A DNA stretch of 64,000 nt, taken from the human T2T-CHM13v2.0 reference genome, Homo sapiens. Positions 45,638-61,408 of this stretch are shown here, piece by piece; position 1 is the first letter of the stretch, and each line of letters opens with the position of its first letter. Made by a program: the position numbers and the translations under genes. Under the pieces are notes generated by a model, which had not been told where the DNA came from, did not search any database, and saw only the letters and a list, made by a program, of their open reading frames with translations. The stretch lies in the NCBI RefSeq assembly GCF_009914755.1, contig NC_060941.1; one strand, 5' to 3'.

Positions 45638-47148
45638 TATTGACGATTTTGATCTTGCCCTATGATTCCCTAGAATGAGAACATAACTATAAACTATATA
45701 TCTACCAAAAAAGAAAGGAAGTTTTTTGAAGGTTTTCATATCCCATTCCTCTTCCAAGACAACAAAATATTTTAGTCTGAATGGTTACAGAATATTAGAG
45801 GATTATAAATCTTTGTTATGCATTTGGTACATTGTTTTCATTAAAATTTGGCTAATTGTTAATTATTAGTTAAAAGTTAAAACTACAGTCTTCTTTCAGG
45901 ATTTCCCCAGCCATGCAACAAATAAGTGTCCTATTTTCTGGGAATTAATGAATATGACACATAGAAGATGAATGATAAATCCCAAACCAGAAAGGCCCAG
46001 GTTGAAGAAGAAAAAAAGCTAAAATAACAAAATCAGTGTGGACAGATTTATCTCATAATACGCTAAATCACTGTATACTTCAACTCAGCTCCATCCACGT
46101 GTTTGCTGCTGAAATGACAACATAGTTTACTGATTTCTTAGCACCTCCTTTCTTAAAGCTGTAATTTTGAAAACTTATATAGTTTCTTCAGTGCCTTCTA
46201 GAAACACCATCTTAGTGATTTCTCATTCAAATGTGATATAAGGAACACACACACAAACTCAAATGTAGAGGGTATATGGGTAAGTGAATCAAATGTGCAT
46301 TATGAAAGGTAGAGAAGAATGACCTTTATAAAAATCTCACTGGCTACATTGATTCATTTCTTTTAATGGGTATAGTATAACTGGGGCTTTTTATAAAACA
46401 CATTTTTCAATATTCAGACAAAACATTCAGGTTTTCAGTCATTCACAAAGAGTGCTCTAAAAAATGAAAATAACCAGTGCATCAGTGAGACAAACTCCTT
46501 CCCACATTAGTTGGTGGGAACATAAATTGGTACAATCTTTCTAGGGGCCATTTGAAAATGGGTATAGAAAACCTTAACAGTGTACATCTTTTAAACCAAC
46601 AATTTCGTGTCTGAGAATTTATTCCAACAAAATAATCAAGGATATTTAGAAATAGTCAATGGTAGTAGTAGCAGCACTAGTAGTAATAACAGCAGCTAAC
46701 ATTCACTGAATTGTTAGTACTTGTCAAGCACTGCTCTAGGTAAACGGGGATGTGCACTGTAATGAGACCTGTGAGAGTGAAGAATTGGAAACGCCTAAAT
46801 GCCTGGTAATAGTAGACTGATTGAGGAAATGCAGATTGAGGAATCCTATGAAGGACTAAGTCAGCTATTACAAATATGCAATAAATGTGTAGAGAGTAAA
46901 GATATAACAAAAAAGTATTACACAACAGTGATGTAACAATTTAAATTTGCATTTAATATAAAATAACATATTTTAAATAATATAAAATTATATTTTTTCA
47001 TTTTTCAACATGAACTTGTATTGCTATAAATTATCCACTATAAAATCAATAAAACAGTTTTTGCAATCTAGATGGTTATTTCTTTAAAAAAAGAGATCTT
47101 TCTACTCATTTCACAAATTCCTTACAATATCAAATACACGACTGAGTA

Positions 47149-47620
<472 letters not shown>

Positions 47621-47763
47621 GATTATCTGTAATTCTTGATACTGAGTAGTTAATGGTTTAGATGATGATAGTGGAAGACTATACATTTTTTTATGCATCG
47701 GAAAGTAACACAGTTTGTATCTCTCTAAGAACGATAAATTTTGGAGGTTCTGGTTTTAGTTAA

Positions 47764-48128
47764 TGATATGGTTTGGCTGTGTCCCCACCCAAATCTCATC
47801 TTGAATTGTAGCTCCCATAATTCCCACATGTTGTGGGAGGGACCCAAGTGGGAGGTAATTGAGTCATAGGGGCAGTTTCCCCCATACTGTTCTCATGGTA
47901 GTGAATAAGTCTCATGAGATCTGATGGTTTTATAAGAGAAAATCTGTTTCACTTGGCTCTCATCTCTCTCTTTGCCGGCCACCATGTTAAGACATGCCTT
48001 TCACCTTCTGCCATGATTGTGAGGCCTCCCAAGTCATGTGGAACTGTGAGTCAATTAAACCTCTTTCCTTTATAAATTACCCAGTCTTGGGTATGTCTTT
48101 ATTAGCAGCATGAGAACAGACTAATACA
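47764..48128 (+). mobile_element. THE1 (THE1C/D-like) solo LTR
   Basis: tgatatggtttggctgtgtccccacccaaatctc...gaacagactaataca; 5-bp TSD gttaa/gtcaa. Confidence 0.92.
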
Positions 48129-48176
48129 GTCAACATTCTTGACTGAACCTTCTACAACTTACCAATAAATCTCTAA

Positions 48177-48465
48177 TTTTTTGGAGACAGAGTCTCACTC
48201 TGTCATCCAGGCTGGAGTGCAGTGGCACAATCTCAGGTCACTGCAACTTCTGCCTCCAGGTTCAAGCAATTCTCGTTCTTCAGCCTCCTGAGTAGCTGGG
48301 ATTATAGGTGCACGCTACCACACCAGGTTAATTTTTGTATTTTTAGTAGAGATGGGGTTTTGCCATAGTTGGCCAGGCTGGTTTTGAACTCCTGGCCTCA
48401 AGTGATCTGCCCACCTCAGCCTCCCAAAGTGCTGGGATTATAGGCATGAGCCATTGCACCTGGCC
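48177..48465 (-). mobile_element. AluS
   Basis: TSD taaatctcta. Confidence 0.88.
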
Positions 48466-48759
48466 TAAATCTCTATTATGGCACAGAAAAGGTATGAAAA
48501 TACACTTAAAGCCAGGTTCTCAGATATTAAAATCTATTATGCTGTACTATAACAAAAACAGCATGGTACTGCCATAGGAATTGACTGTAGAATAAAATGG
48601 TGAGTCCTGAAATACATTCATGAATGTATGGAAGATTAACACTGAACAAAGGTGGAATTTCAATTTAGTGGAAAAAATAGAAATGTTTAAATAAAATTAA
48701 AACAGCTAGTTATTCGCCTGGGACAAAATCATGTACAAAAATAAATTCCAGATCTATAC

Positions 48760-49053
48760 ATTTTTTTTTGTTAAGATGGAGTCTCACTCTGTTGCCCAGG
48801 CTGGAGTGTAGTGGCGCGATCTCAGCTTACTGCAAGCTCCGCCTCCCGGGTTCACGCCATTCTCCTGTCTCAGCCTCCTGAGTAGCTGGGACTATAGGCA
48901 CCTGCCACCATGCCTGGCTAATTTTTTGTATTTTTAGTAGAGACGGGGTTTCACCGTGTTAGCCAGGATGGGCCCGATCTCCTAGCCTTGTGATCCACCC
49001 GCCTCGGCCCCCCAAAGTGCTGGGATTACAGGTGTGAGCCACTGCGCCCAGCC
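48760..49053 (-). mobile_element. AluY
   Basis: AluY diagnostics; TSD ccagatc(t/c)ata. Confidence 0.9.
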
Positions 49054-49614
49054 TCCCAGATCCATAATTTTTTTTTTAAGAAACCCAGATGCTATGAAGA
49101 AAAAGACAAATTTCATTATATTGAGAGTGAAAATTTTCACATCGAAGAGTTTACGATTAACAGAGTCAAATGACAACTCTAACAAAAATAACTGTAATAC
49201 ATAATATTAATGCATATTATATACAGATAGCTCCCACAAATTCATAGGAAAAGGATGAACAACCCAATATAAAAATGGGCCAAGAATATCAATAAGTAAC
49301 AAGAGAGGCAATCCAAAAAGCCAATAAGCACACACTCAAGGGTAGTCATGGAAATTAAAAAATGTAGAAATAAGGTATTATTTCTTATTGATCAGAAGGG
49401 AAAAAATTAAAAAGCCTGGTAAAAGCCACTGTGGTCAAAAATTTAGAGAAAAGAGTTCACTTGCATTGTGGGTTGAAATATGATTTCTTAAGATTAAAAC
49501 CATATATACTCTTCAACTTAACAATCTCACTCCTGGGAATTCAGCGCATAGAAATGAAGGCACCAGTATGGAAGGCTACATGTATAAAGATGTCTATTAA
49601 AGTTTAGGGAAGAC

Positions 49615-50190
49615 TATGGGGGTCCCCATAAAAGAGTTTACATAGCAGGCCTGAGACTACTATGCTTACAGTGGTCTGTCTGTTGGTCCTTGGCTGGTGT
49701 CTGGGAACTTGCTGGTCAACAGCTCCCTACGTTGATACAAAACTTTCCCTAAGTAATAAGATTGGTTTACTGTGTTTAAACTATGTTTATACAAATAATG
49801 TAGATTGTGCTGAATATCTGATTTCCCTTCTGAGAATCTGGAATTTTGGTACATGATAGGCAGAAGGTGCCTAATGACCAGTTCCTGGTAAAAACTTTTG
49901 AGTACTGAGTCTCTAAGGAGCTCCCCTGGTAGACAACACTTGGCATGTGTTGACACAGCTCATTGCTGGAGGAATTGAGTGCATCTGGTGCCACTCTACT
50001 GGGAGAAGACTCTTGGAAGCCTGCTCCTGGTTTCCTCTGGATCTCACTCCTTGTGCATTTTCCCTTTGCTGATTTTGCTTTGATCCTCTCGCTGTAATAA
50101 ATTCTACTCATCAGTACAACACTATGCTGAGTCCTGTGAATCCTTCTAGTGAATCATCAAAACAGGATAGTCTTGAGGACTCTCGACATA
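49615..50190 (+). mobile_element. MER21-family solo LTR
   Basis: ctgagtctctaaggagctcccctggtagacaacac...gctgtaataaa...gctgagtcctgtga. Confidence 0.8.
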
Positions 50191-51226
50191 GGGGGTGAGA
50201 AGAAATGTGGGCAGAGAGGAAAAATGTGGGGAAAAAAGATAGTACAAAGTACTGCAGAAAAAGATAAAGTTGATCATAGAAATACACTCATATGAACTAT
50301 GATCTTCTTTATATTATATTAGATATGTTTGTCTATATGCACAGAAAGATATCAAAAAGGATGGCCACCACAATGTTAATGATGTTACTTCTGGATGGTG
50401 GGGTTTTAGGTGACTTTTTCACATTTTCCCTTATATTTTTTGTATGCTTTAAATTTGTTCTTACAATGAGCATAATTTATTTATATTATCAGTATAGCTA
50501 TTTTTATTTTAAAAGGAAATAAAAATCAATTGTTGGAGATTCTTGTTTAAAATAACAGCTCCTGATACTGTCTCTCCTAACTTCCCATTAAATTTCTATA
50601 AGGATACAGAAAAAGTAAAAACACACATCACATGGTTAGGTGACTGATGACCCATTCCGAAAAGCCCAGAGAAATTTCCTCCAATTTTATGGCCTGTGGA
50701 GTTGATCCAAAAAAACATAATCAGTAGGTCGCACATAAGATACCCTGGAATGGTCTTCTTGAGCATAGGGAAGGAGACCCTTATATTCCCTACTCCACTG
50801 CCTCATGGTGAAGAAATGCGAGATCTGTCTCACAGAGAAGACTGGACAGCTTTCCCTTCACTGCATATGTGATAATTTTTGAAGCCACTGTCCCTTCTCT
50901 TTTAGAATCTCTTTCCTAGACAGAGACTAATTTCTCACCAGAAAAAAAGCAGAGGTAGGGACTGGTAATGGCACCCTGCATTTCTAGAAGCACAGTGCTG
51001 TCAGAGAGAACCAGGAAAGGAAGAAGCCTAGTGGCTGCAGCCCTAGTAGCACACCTGGAATTACATCTTTTTATATATGAGCTGGGCTCATCTTTGGCTA
51101 GCAGAGCTGCCACAGACTGAAGTCTGTGGGACACTGACAATTGTGAAGGAAGTAAACAAACTATCGCTGTAGATTTAAAAAGAGGAATCTACCGGGCACC
51201 ATGTAGAAAGAAAGTGAGTTCCAGGG

Positions 51227-51352
51227 TAGAGTGATTATGTAGTTTATCCATACTGGAACACTTTGAGAGTAAAAGGGGTACTATTAATAGTCACAACAGG
51301 CAATTGCCATAAACCAGGACTGTCCTAAGCAAACTGAGAGGTATGGTCACCC
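51227..51352. mobile_element. MER94/MER81-like hAT-Blackjack MITE
   Basis: ggactgtcc...atggtcaccct terminus. Confidence 0.6.
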
Positions 51353-51619
51353 TGGTTCAGAGTCTAACTCTGAGCTTGAATCAATCAATCTCTTGAATAG
51401 GTAGAAAGAAAAAAAGACATAGTAACAGATCTGGGGGCAGAGGAATCTACCAAAAAAACCCTAAAAACAAGCCTACAGGTAAGTACTTGAGATCCAAGGG
51501 TAAGGACTCCAGGACTTGAAGACAGAGAAGAACAGATACTTGAAAATAATTTACTATGGCAGAAAACAGAGATCCAACAGAAACATTTACAAGCATTCTT
51601 GAGAAATAGAACTGAATGA

Positions 51620-53140
51620 AAGCAACATTAAAAAAAAATTAATAGAAGGAAAATGTTTTGGGATGAAACAGAATTTAGTATTCCAGTCCAAATGTTTTCC
51701 TGAGCTCTAGGCAAAATAAATAAAAAGAAACCAACACCTAGAAACATCTTGGCAACTGGAAGAAAAAATTCATTATTTATACATGATATAATTATTTACC
51801 TAGGAAAGCCAACAGAATCAACAAATATAAATCAAGAAAGGTTTTGTTCTAGATTTAGATAAAGCAACATAAATCAATATTATTTCTCTGTACTAACACT
51901 GCCATGTAGGAAACATAATAAAAAAATTCACCCCAGCAACAAAAATAATAAAGTATCTAGGAATTAACCATGAATTCATAGGGCCTAAGTCTAAAGTTCA
52001 ATAAAGATGATTTAAGTAAACCTATATTACACTCTTAATAAGATGATTTAATATTGTAGAAATGTTAATCATTTCAAATTAATCTATATTCAGTTCAATC
52101 CTAATAAAAATTATTGAATTTAATAAACTTATGCACTTAAAATGTATACTGCAGAATAAAGGTCTATGTATAGGTTAATCAACCTTAATAAAGAAGTAGA
52201 AAAGATAAACTAACCCTCTAACACACTAATATATATAATAAAAGCTGTGTTGCATTAGTGCAAAAACAGGCAAATAGAAAAATGGAACAGAATAGAGCAC
52301 ACAGAGACAGGATGTGTGTGTAAGTGTGAATAAAACTATTCCCTATCTACATACAGGAACTTAATATATAATAAAAGTGGCACTGCAAATCAATGGGAAA
52401 AGGGCAGATTGCTTAGTAGATGATATTGAGAAAACTTTCTCACCATATGGAGAAAAATAAAACTAGTTTCCTATATAAAACCATGTATGAAGGTGGATTC
52501 TAAATGAATTAAAGACCTAAATGTGAAAGGTAAAACCATACAGTTCATAGAAGAAAATACAGAATATCTTTGTGACTGAGAGACATGAAAAGCCTTCTTA
52601 AAGAAAATTCCAAATCACTAACTATAAGGCAAAATATTGAAGACTTTGATTATGTCAAAATTAAGAATTCGGTCCACAAAGCATCTTATGGATAAAGTTC
52701 ATTAGAATGCTTACAGAATAGGAGAATATATAACATCTAAAGTAAATAAGAGGTTAATGTTTGGAATATTGAAGGCATTTCTGCTAATCAACAAGAAAGT
52801 ACCAGCTCGAGTAGAAAAACAAAGTATGAATAGACAGTTTACAGGAAAATACAGCAAGCAAAGAAGCATTTAATGAGATAATCAAACTCAAAGGTAATCA
52901 GAGAAATACAAAGTAAAACAACAATGAGATATCATTCTATCTATTAATCTGACAAAATTTAGGTAGCTGGAAGATACTGGTAGGGATATGGCACATAGTA
53001 ACCCTCATATACAGCTGTTGGCGGTGCAAACTGGCTCATGCAAGATAACCTGGCACTATTTATATCAATTAGGTATACACATGCCCTATGACCCAGCAAC
53101 TTTTCACCTAGGTATATATCCCAAGGACATCCTCACAGAG
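51620..53140 (+). mobile_element. Ancient L1M ORF2/3' remnant
   Basis: Degenerate L1 text (aatggaacagaatagag, aaagacctaaatgtgaaa, ccctatgacccagcaa). Confidence 0.7.
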
Positions 53141-53423
53141 GTATATGATTTTTCATATAGCTCTACAATTTTTTGCATTATTTTAGTTCATATGGAAGAT
53201 ATGGGAAAGGGTATGGGGGATACAAAGAAATACATGAATTAGTGAATGAAATGAGAAGGGGCCTTGCACAGATCAATGATGACAGGTACAGCACCATCAA
53301 CTAACGAGCATTGAGTCAGCACTGAGGTCAAGTGGTGGTGAGTAGGTAATGATAGGTGAAGGAGGCAATTTCAAACATGTTGGCAACATTTTTTACTTAC
53401 AAGATTTAAAAGTCCTTTACGCA

Positions 53424-53754
<331 letters not shown>

Positions 53755-54044
53755 TTAACAGTAAAGGACAGAAAGACTGGTTCAGACATCTCTCCAACTT
53801 TAAAAACAAAATATCTTCAGAGTTTTGAAGATAAAATAATTTTGAACTTGGGCAAAAATAATTTTGAACTGGGGCAACCAAGTAAGTTTTCCATGTGTGA
53901 AGGCAACAGAAAACATTTTAAGATATGCATAGACATAAAACAACATATCTTCCAGGAATATTTCTTGAATTAAAGAAAATATGCAACAAATTTTTAAGAA
54001 CTTAAAAGCAAAATCTTATCCTTATATATAAAATATAAAATTAC

Positions 54045-54252
54045 CTTTTGTAGAAAGAGGACAATCCTTATGAGCATCTGGGCACGGAGTTCTTCCAAGG
54101 TAAACAATGTTCGGGGTGTTCGAATGAAAATTTTGGTCTTCCCATAAGCTACATCATCCTGAAAACCACACCGTTCAATTAGTTTCTTGACAGCCTCTTT
54201 GTCTGAAGGAAGGTCATGGTTGGGCCAGGTGAATTCAGAGATCATCTTATAC
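54045..54252 (-). CDS. MYO1D: Myosin ID coding exon (208 bp, converter and start of IQ1: [69 protein letters not shown]); probably exon 16
   Basis: GKTKIFIR converter motif. Acceptor ttttttcatccag|G, donor CAAAAG|gtaat. One nucleotide plus 69 codons, so phase 2 in and phase 0 out. Confidence 0.97.
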
Positions 54253-54823
54253 CTGGATGAAAAAAAGAAACAGGGTTAAGGGAGAAAACCATACGGTCAT
54301 CTCAATAGAAAACTATTCAATAAAATGCAAGACACCTCATAGAAAACCAAATCTTAGCAAACTATCAATAGAATTTCATTAGCCTCATAAGGTATGCAAA
54401 AAAGGCTTCAGTAAAATAAAACACTTTAAGATAACAACTCTTACTAAACTAGGTATAGAAGGGACTTCCTCAAGCTCATACAGTCTATTTGCCAAAATCC
54501 TACGGCAAATATTGTTCATAAAGGGGTAACCTTAGAAACATTCTTTTTACAAACAGATACAAGAGAAGGGTGGCTCTGTCATGGGTCCTGCTCGGCATTG
54601 CTCTGGAGGTCTAGTCGACATAGTGAGACCAAGACATAATTGGTAAATGACTGACAGAAAAACAAAATGGATACTACTTATGTATAATGTAACTTTCCTC
54701 AAAGGAAATCAAGCAGATCTCTAGATAAAAAAACTATTATAACTAAAAGAAAATTAAGCAGTGTTGCTGCACATAAGAGCAACACACAAAAATTAATTGC
54801 ATTTCTACATACGAGCAGTCAAC

Positions 54824-55078
54824 AGCTCCTTGTCATGTGGGCCTCTCATTAAGGCAGCTCACCACACAGCGGCTTGCTTCATGAGTGTGAGTGTGAACAA
54901 GACAGAAGTCACAGAGTCACAGTCTTTTGTGGTCTAATCTCAAAAGTGACATCCTATCACTTTTGCCATATTCTACTTTGTCAGAAGCAAATCACTAGGT
55001 CTAGCCTACACTCACAGGAAGGGGATTACACAGGGCATGGATACCAGGAGGTAGAGGGCATCTTAGAAGGCTATCACA
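54824..55078 (-). mobile_element. MLT1-type MaLR LTR fragment
   Basis: cacttttgccatattcta...caggaaggggattacacagggcatggataccaggagg. Confidence 0.65.
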
Positions 55079-55689
55079 GAGCTTTTTCCATCATGCAAAG
55101 TTGTTTAACACATGTAGTCAAATTTAGTTTTTTTCTTATATTACATCTAAATTTTAAGTCATTGTATGAAAAGCTTTCTTCACTTGGGTTATAGAGTAAT
55201 GCATTTATGTTTTCTTCTAGTACTTGTATGTTTTCATTTTTCACATTTAGATTTCTGATCATTTAGAGGGTTTTTTTGGTATATGGTGTGAGGTATGGAT
55301 CTAATTTTATCTTTTAACAAATGGCTGTCTAGCTGTTCCAACACTATTAAAAAGTCCATCTTTCCCCTCTGTGATTAACATGCTGCCTTTATCATATGTG
55401 CTTCAGTTTATTTCTGGACTTTCTGGTCTGTTTCATTGCTGTGTCTGTCCATCTGTGCATCACTACCACATGGTTTTAATTATAGAGGATACAAGTACAT
55501 TTTAATGTTTTTCCTAATTCTTTTCTTTTTTAAAGGTCTTTCTAGTTATTCTGGCACACATATTTTTCCAAATGAACTTCAGAATCAAGTTTTACAGTTC
55601 CAGGCAAAAAAACCAGAATTCAGTGAATAAACAATTTTTAAAGACCCAAAGCACCCTTGATAGATTTAGTGAGTTGGAACATTAAATAC

Positions 55690-55978
55690 ATTATTATTAT
55701 TATTATTTTGACACAGAGTCTCGCTCTATCTATGAGTGCAGTGGTGCGATCTCAGCTCACTGTAACCCCCGCCTCCCGGTCCAAGTGATTCTCCTGCCTC
55801 AGCCTCCTGAGCAGTTGGGATTACAGGCAACTACCAAGCCCAGCTAATTTTTTTGTTAACAGTAGAGATGGGGTTTTACCATGTTGGCCAGGCTGGTCTT
55901 GAACTCCTGACCTCAAGTGATCTGCCCGCCTTGGCCTCTCAAAATGCTGGGATTATAGGCAAGAGCCACTGCACTCAG
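55690..55978 (-). mobile_element. AluS with (TAA)n-type tail
   Basis: Dimeric Alu with a small internal deletion. Confidence 0.85.
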
Positions 55979-56096
55979 TGAATCCATTAATTTTTATATG
56001 GTGCTGAGTTGTCCTATTCAAGAACAAGAGATGTTTTCCCACTTGATCTAGTCTGCTTTGTGCCTTACATGAATCTTTAAAGTTTTCTCATATGTC

Positions 56097-57397
56097 TTTT
56101 CTTTCTTTTTTTTTTTTAATAATTATTTTATTTTTAAGTTCTGAGGTACATGTGTAGGATGTGCAGGTTTGTTACATAGGCAAATGTGTGCCATGGTGGT
56201 TTGCTGTACAAATCAGCCCATTACCTAGGTATTAAGCCCAGCATCCATTAGCTATTCTTCCTGATGATCTCCATTCTCCCACCCCCACCCCAACAGGCCC
56301 CAGTGTGTGTTATTCACCCCGATATGTCCACGTGTTCTCATTGTTCAGCTCCCACTTATAAGTGAGAACATGTGCGGTTTGGTTTTCTGTTCCTCTGTTA
56401 GTCTGCTGAGGATAGTGGCTTCCAGCTCCATCCATGTCCCTGCAAAGGGCATTACCTCTTTCCTTTTTATGGCTGCATAGTATTCCATGGTGTGTATGTA
56501 CCACATTTTCTTTATCTAGTCTATCATTTCATTGATGGGCATTTGGGTTGATTCCATGTCTTTGCTATTGTGAATAGTGCTGCAATGAACATACCTGTGC
56601 ATGTATCCACAAAAACAAGCAATGGGGAAAGGATTCCCTATTTAATAAATGATGCTGGGAGAACTGGCTAGCCATATGCAGAAAATTGAAATTGGATCCC
56701 TTTCTTACACCTTATACAAAAACTAACTCAAGGTGGATTAAAGACTTAAATGTAAAACCCAAAACCATAAAAACCCCAGAAGAAAATCTAGGCAATACCA
56801 TTCAGGATACAGGCATGGGCAAAGACTTCATGATGAAATCACCAAAAGTAATTGCAAAAAAAGCAAAAATGACAAATTAAACTAAAGAGCTTCTACACAA
56901 CAAACGAAATTATCATCAGAGTGAACAGACAACTTACAGAATGGGAGAGAATTTTTGCAATCTATCCATCTGATAAAGGACTAATATCCAGAATCTAAAA
57001 GGAAATTAAGCAAATGTACAAGAAAAAAAAAATCAAACAACCCCATTAAAAAGTGGGCAAAGGATATAAACAGACACTTCTCAAAAAAAGACATACATGC
57101 GGCCAACATATGAAAAATAGCTCAACATCACTGATCATTAGAGAAATGCAAATCAAAACCACAATGAGATAACATCTCACGTCAGTCAGAATGGCAATTA
57201 GTAAAAAGTCAAGAAACAACAAATGCTGGCAAGGTTGCAGAGAAACAGGAACACTTTTATACTATTGGTGGGAATGTAAATTAGTTCAACCATTGTGGAA
57301 GACAGTGTGGTGATTCCTCAAAGATTTTGAACCCGAAATGCCATTTGACCCAGCAATCCCCTTACTGGGTATATACCCAAAGGAATATAAATCATTC
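56097..57397 (-). mobile_element. 5'-truncated, 5'-inverted (twin-primed) older L1PA (L1PA8-like)
   Basis: The 3' end with poly(A) is on the minus strand (56097-56607). The adjoining upstream ORF2 segment is on the plus strand (56609-57397). Confidence 0.85.
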
Positions 57398-57489
57398 ACA
57401 GGGCTTTTCATATTTCTTGTTAAGATAGTAGATATGTAGGAAGCATCTGTTAATTACTCCCTAATTACAGTTAATTACTTCCTTCTTCT

Positions 57490-58565
57490 TGACATATCTC
57501 TTTTCTTAGATTCCATGACAGCATGCTCTCCTTCTGCCTCCCTGGATATATCTTGTCAATCTGATTTTCTGGCTACTCTGGCTACTACTATACCCCCAAA
57601 TGCAGGCGTGTCCCAAGCCTAAGACCTGGACTTCTTTCTATGTATTCTCTCCCCACATTACCTCATCTAGTCCACTTACTTTTAATAAAACATTCCAAAT
57701 ATAAAAACAAAAATATGTATATTTTATAAGTATATAAAATATAAACATATATTTTCAATTTGTGTGTTATCCCTAGTCTAGCCCTCAGTTATGAGCTTCA
57801 GATTTATATATCCAATGTCTATACAGGTCTTGAAGGCATCTTAATTACTCCTTCAGTCTTTCCTACCTCAATCTACCCAGTTACTAAAGCCAGGATCCTG
57901 AGAATATTTTTATTCTTTCCCTGCCCTATCATGATTTCTAATCCATCATCAAGTTCTATTGACTCTACCTCCAAAATATATTTAACAATTCTCCTCATCT
58001 TTATTGCTTCAATTCAAAGGCAAGCCACCTTCTAGTTTACAACAGACTCCTAAATTATTTTCCATTTCCTTTCCAATCCATTCTGCATACATCAGTCAGA
58101 GTAGTTTTCTAAAAAGCTTGAAATCATTTTTGTCTTTGGCTGCTTTCCTTCCTCACTATCCATCAATCATGTTAACTTCTTTGGGGTTCTGTAATGCGGT
58201 TGCCTCCTTCCTACTTCAGGGTCTTTGCACATGCTGTTCCCACTGCCCGGAATGCATTTTATCTAGTCCTTGAAAGTCTGGCTCCTTCTCATCCTTTAGT
58301 CTTTTCTTGATCTTTGTATATCAACAAACCCTCTACCCCCAATATTCTCTCTAAGGCAACTAGTTTTATTTATTCTTTTCTCACATGATTTATCACAACT
58401 TGTAATCATACTGATTTGTGGGTTTATCTGCTTAATGTCAGTCTCCCTCCCTAGTCTGTGGCTAATATGAAGGCAGGGACTTTGTTTTGTTCCCCACTAT
58501 ATACCATGTGCCTATCATGTTGCCTGCCATACTATGAGGCAATAGATATTTGCAGAATGAATGAA
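57490..58565 (+). mobile_element. L2 remnant
   Basis: cagggtctttgcacatgctgttccc...gaatgaatgaa tail. Confidence 0.7.
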
Positions 58566-60444
58566 AAGAAATCATTTAAAGCCTACTCACTTGCTAGATG
58601 GGGGTAGAGATCAAAGCCAAATGAAAAAGTTTTAATATAAAGACAGAGGTAATACCAAACAATGTCACATGAAAAAAAGTGAAATCAGAAACCTCTCAAA
58701 TTTGTTACACCAAACTATAGTAGGGGTCTACATCTGGGTCATCATATGGGTAGTGCTGGTGTTGTTTGTTTCAGGCACGCTTCAGAAACTGGATTGCTAT
58801 CCTACAGCCCCACTGCTCAGCTCCCATGGCAGGCAAGAGGCACTCTGCCTTCTTTCATGCCAGCAAACTGCATGACCCTGGTTCTCTGGCAAACCAGCAA
58901 TCTGAACTTGCTAATTAAAAAGTTGAACTCATCTGCTTTCTGACAAGGAGTTTTACCTCCCTAAAGGACTTTAGTAGCTTTTAAGGTTATCAGCATGTTT
59001 TAAATCCTTCTCTCTTTTCTCAGTAAAATAAATGAAAATGAAGAAAAGTCACAAGCAAAAATTCAGGTTCAAACCTAAACTACTTGCAAAAAATCTGCAG
59101 AATCTAAAAGCAAAAATTCACTGTAGAAAATATTATCTTTTCTCTCATCATCACTGGATGAGCCACATAAAAGGGGAATAATGTATACTCCTCAAGTGGT
59201 TGTCAGTTCCAGTGACTTCCTATATGTGAAATGTTTAAATCAGTATCTAGTACATCCAGTAAACATTTCAAAATATTCACAACTATTATTATAACTCACT
59301 TGAAAATTTCAACACATAATTCTTTTCCTGTCTAGTTAATCACGGTCTATAATATCCTTTCCATAAATAGGACAAAATCTTTAATTATCTCTACTTCTCA
59401 CTCCCATTTTAATTTTTGTTCCAGATTATCACTAAAGACTTCTTCCCCACCCTTACAATCAGTACTTGTTTAGATTTAACAAAAAGTTTTACAGATTTCT
59501 TTGCTCAATGTTGCTTTTTTGCATATATCCTGCCACATGTTTCCTTTCTGCATTCATCTTTCTTTTTGCTGAAGTATATCCTCTAGAAGATTTTTCAGAG
59601 GGTCTATGAGTAATAAACTTTCTCAAACTAGGTATGCCAGAAAATGCTGTTTATTTTACTCACACTCTTGAATGGTATTTTGACACAGAATACAATTCTA
59701 GGCATGAAAGCCCTTTCCTTACACTGTGAAGGCATTTTGCTCCTTCGTCTACTTGATCAAACGTTCATGAGGAACCAGATGTCAGCGTGATTCTCACTCC
59801 CCAAAGGCAGTTTGTCTTTTTTTCTTGGGAGCTATAATTATTTTTCTTTAACATTCTAAAAGTGAACAAATGTATTTTTAAGTTTTTAAAAAATTCTTAT
59901 GCTTGACAATCAGTGTATCCTTTTAATCTGAAGATTCGTCTTTTTTCAGTTCATGCAAATCCCTGGCCACTGTTCGAATAGTGCCTCTCCCCTATTCTTG
60001 GTGTTCTTTCCTCTAGTCCTTCTGTTACATGGGTTTTGCTGCTCCTGGATCAACCTTACATGCGGCTAGACCTTTGTTTAATACTTCCCATCTTTTTTTC
60101 TTTGTGATGAGATCTGGAACAAGACTTCAGCTTGATCCTCTGGCCCACTAATTTACTTTTTAAAAAAGTTTAGTTTTTAAAAAACATTTTAAAAATTGTG
60201 ATCAAATTTACATACACTAAAATATACACATTTAAGTATATAATTCAAGTATATAATTCAAGTTCTGACAAACGTGTATACTCATGAAACCGACACCCTG
60301 ATCAAGATATATCATCTCAGAGAGTTCCCCCATTCTGCTTTCTAGTCTGCCATACAAATAGCTAACCACTATTCTGATTTCTATCACCATAAATTAGTTT
60401 TGCCTGCTCTTGAACTTCATATAAAGGGCAGCATAAAGTTGCTA

Positions 60445-60819
<375 letters not shown>

Positions 60820-61408
60820 CTACCTTATTGGTTGCTGCTTCTCTTATCTTTGCTGGTTCTTTCATGCCAGACCACAAATCTAAACATTGTCATGGACCTC
60901 CTCCTCTTCACTATCCAGTCCTGAGACTTTCTATGTAATCTATGTTACCAGTGACTCCAAAATCTCTTATTTGCAGCCTAAACTTCTTTCCAGAACTCCA
61001 GGTATGAAAGTCTAATGGCTTAATATTTCTGCCTAGATACTTAGTAGGCATTTCAAAGTGAACATAGAGATGTGTCAAAGTTAACATAGTCAAGAGAATA
61101 ATCTTGATTCCATCTTTACTCCTGTTCCACATCCTGTTCCTCAAAATTATTTTACCCAATTTTATCTCAGCAAATGGTACTGTGCTTACCTAGATGCTCA
61201 AGCCAAAATATAATTTTCATCCTTCATTCCTCTTTATTCCTATTTCATCATATCCAATCCATGAGAGAGTCTTGTCAACTTTATCCCTCAAACATATCCC
61301 AAATCTGTCCACTGCTCTCATATCTATAATAGTCCCTTACTGAAGGCACTGTCATCAAGCCCTGTTTCCTGGACTCCTGCAATAGCATCCTTAAACATCT
61401 CCTTGCCC

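Noticed and set aside
53833-53876. 22-bp tandem duplication near the exon donor (similar short ones at ~41651, ~39910, ~60234)
   Set aside because: Ordinary two-copy slippage; not an array and no spacers, so not CRISPR-like.
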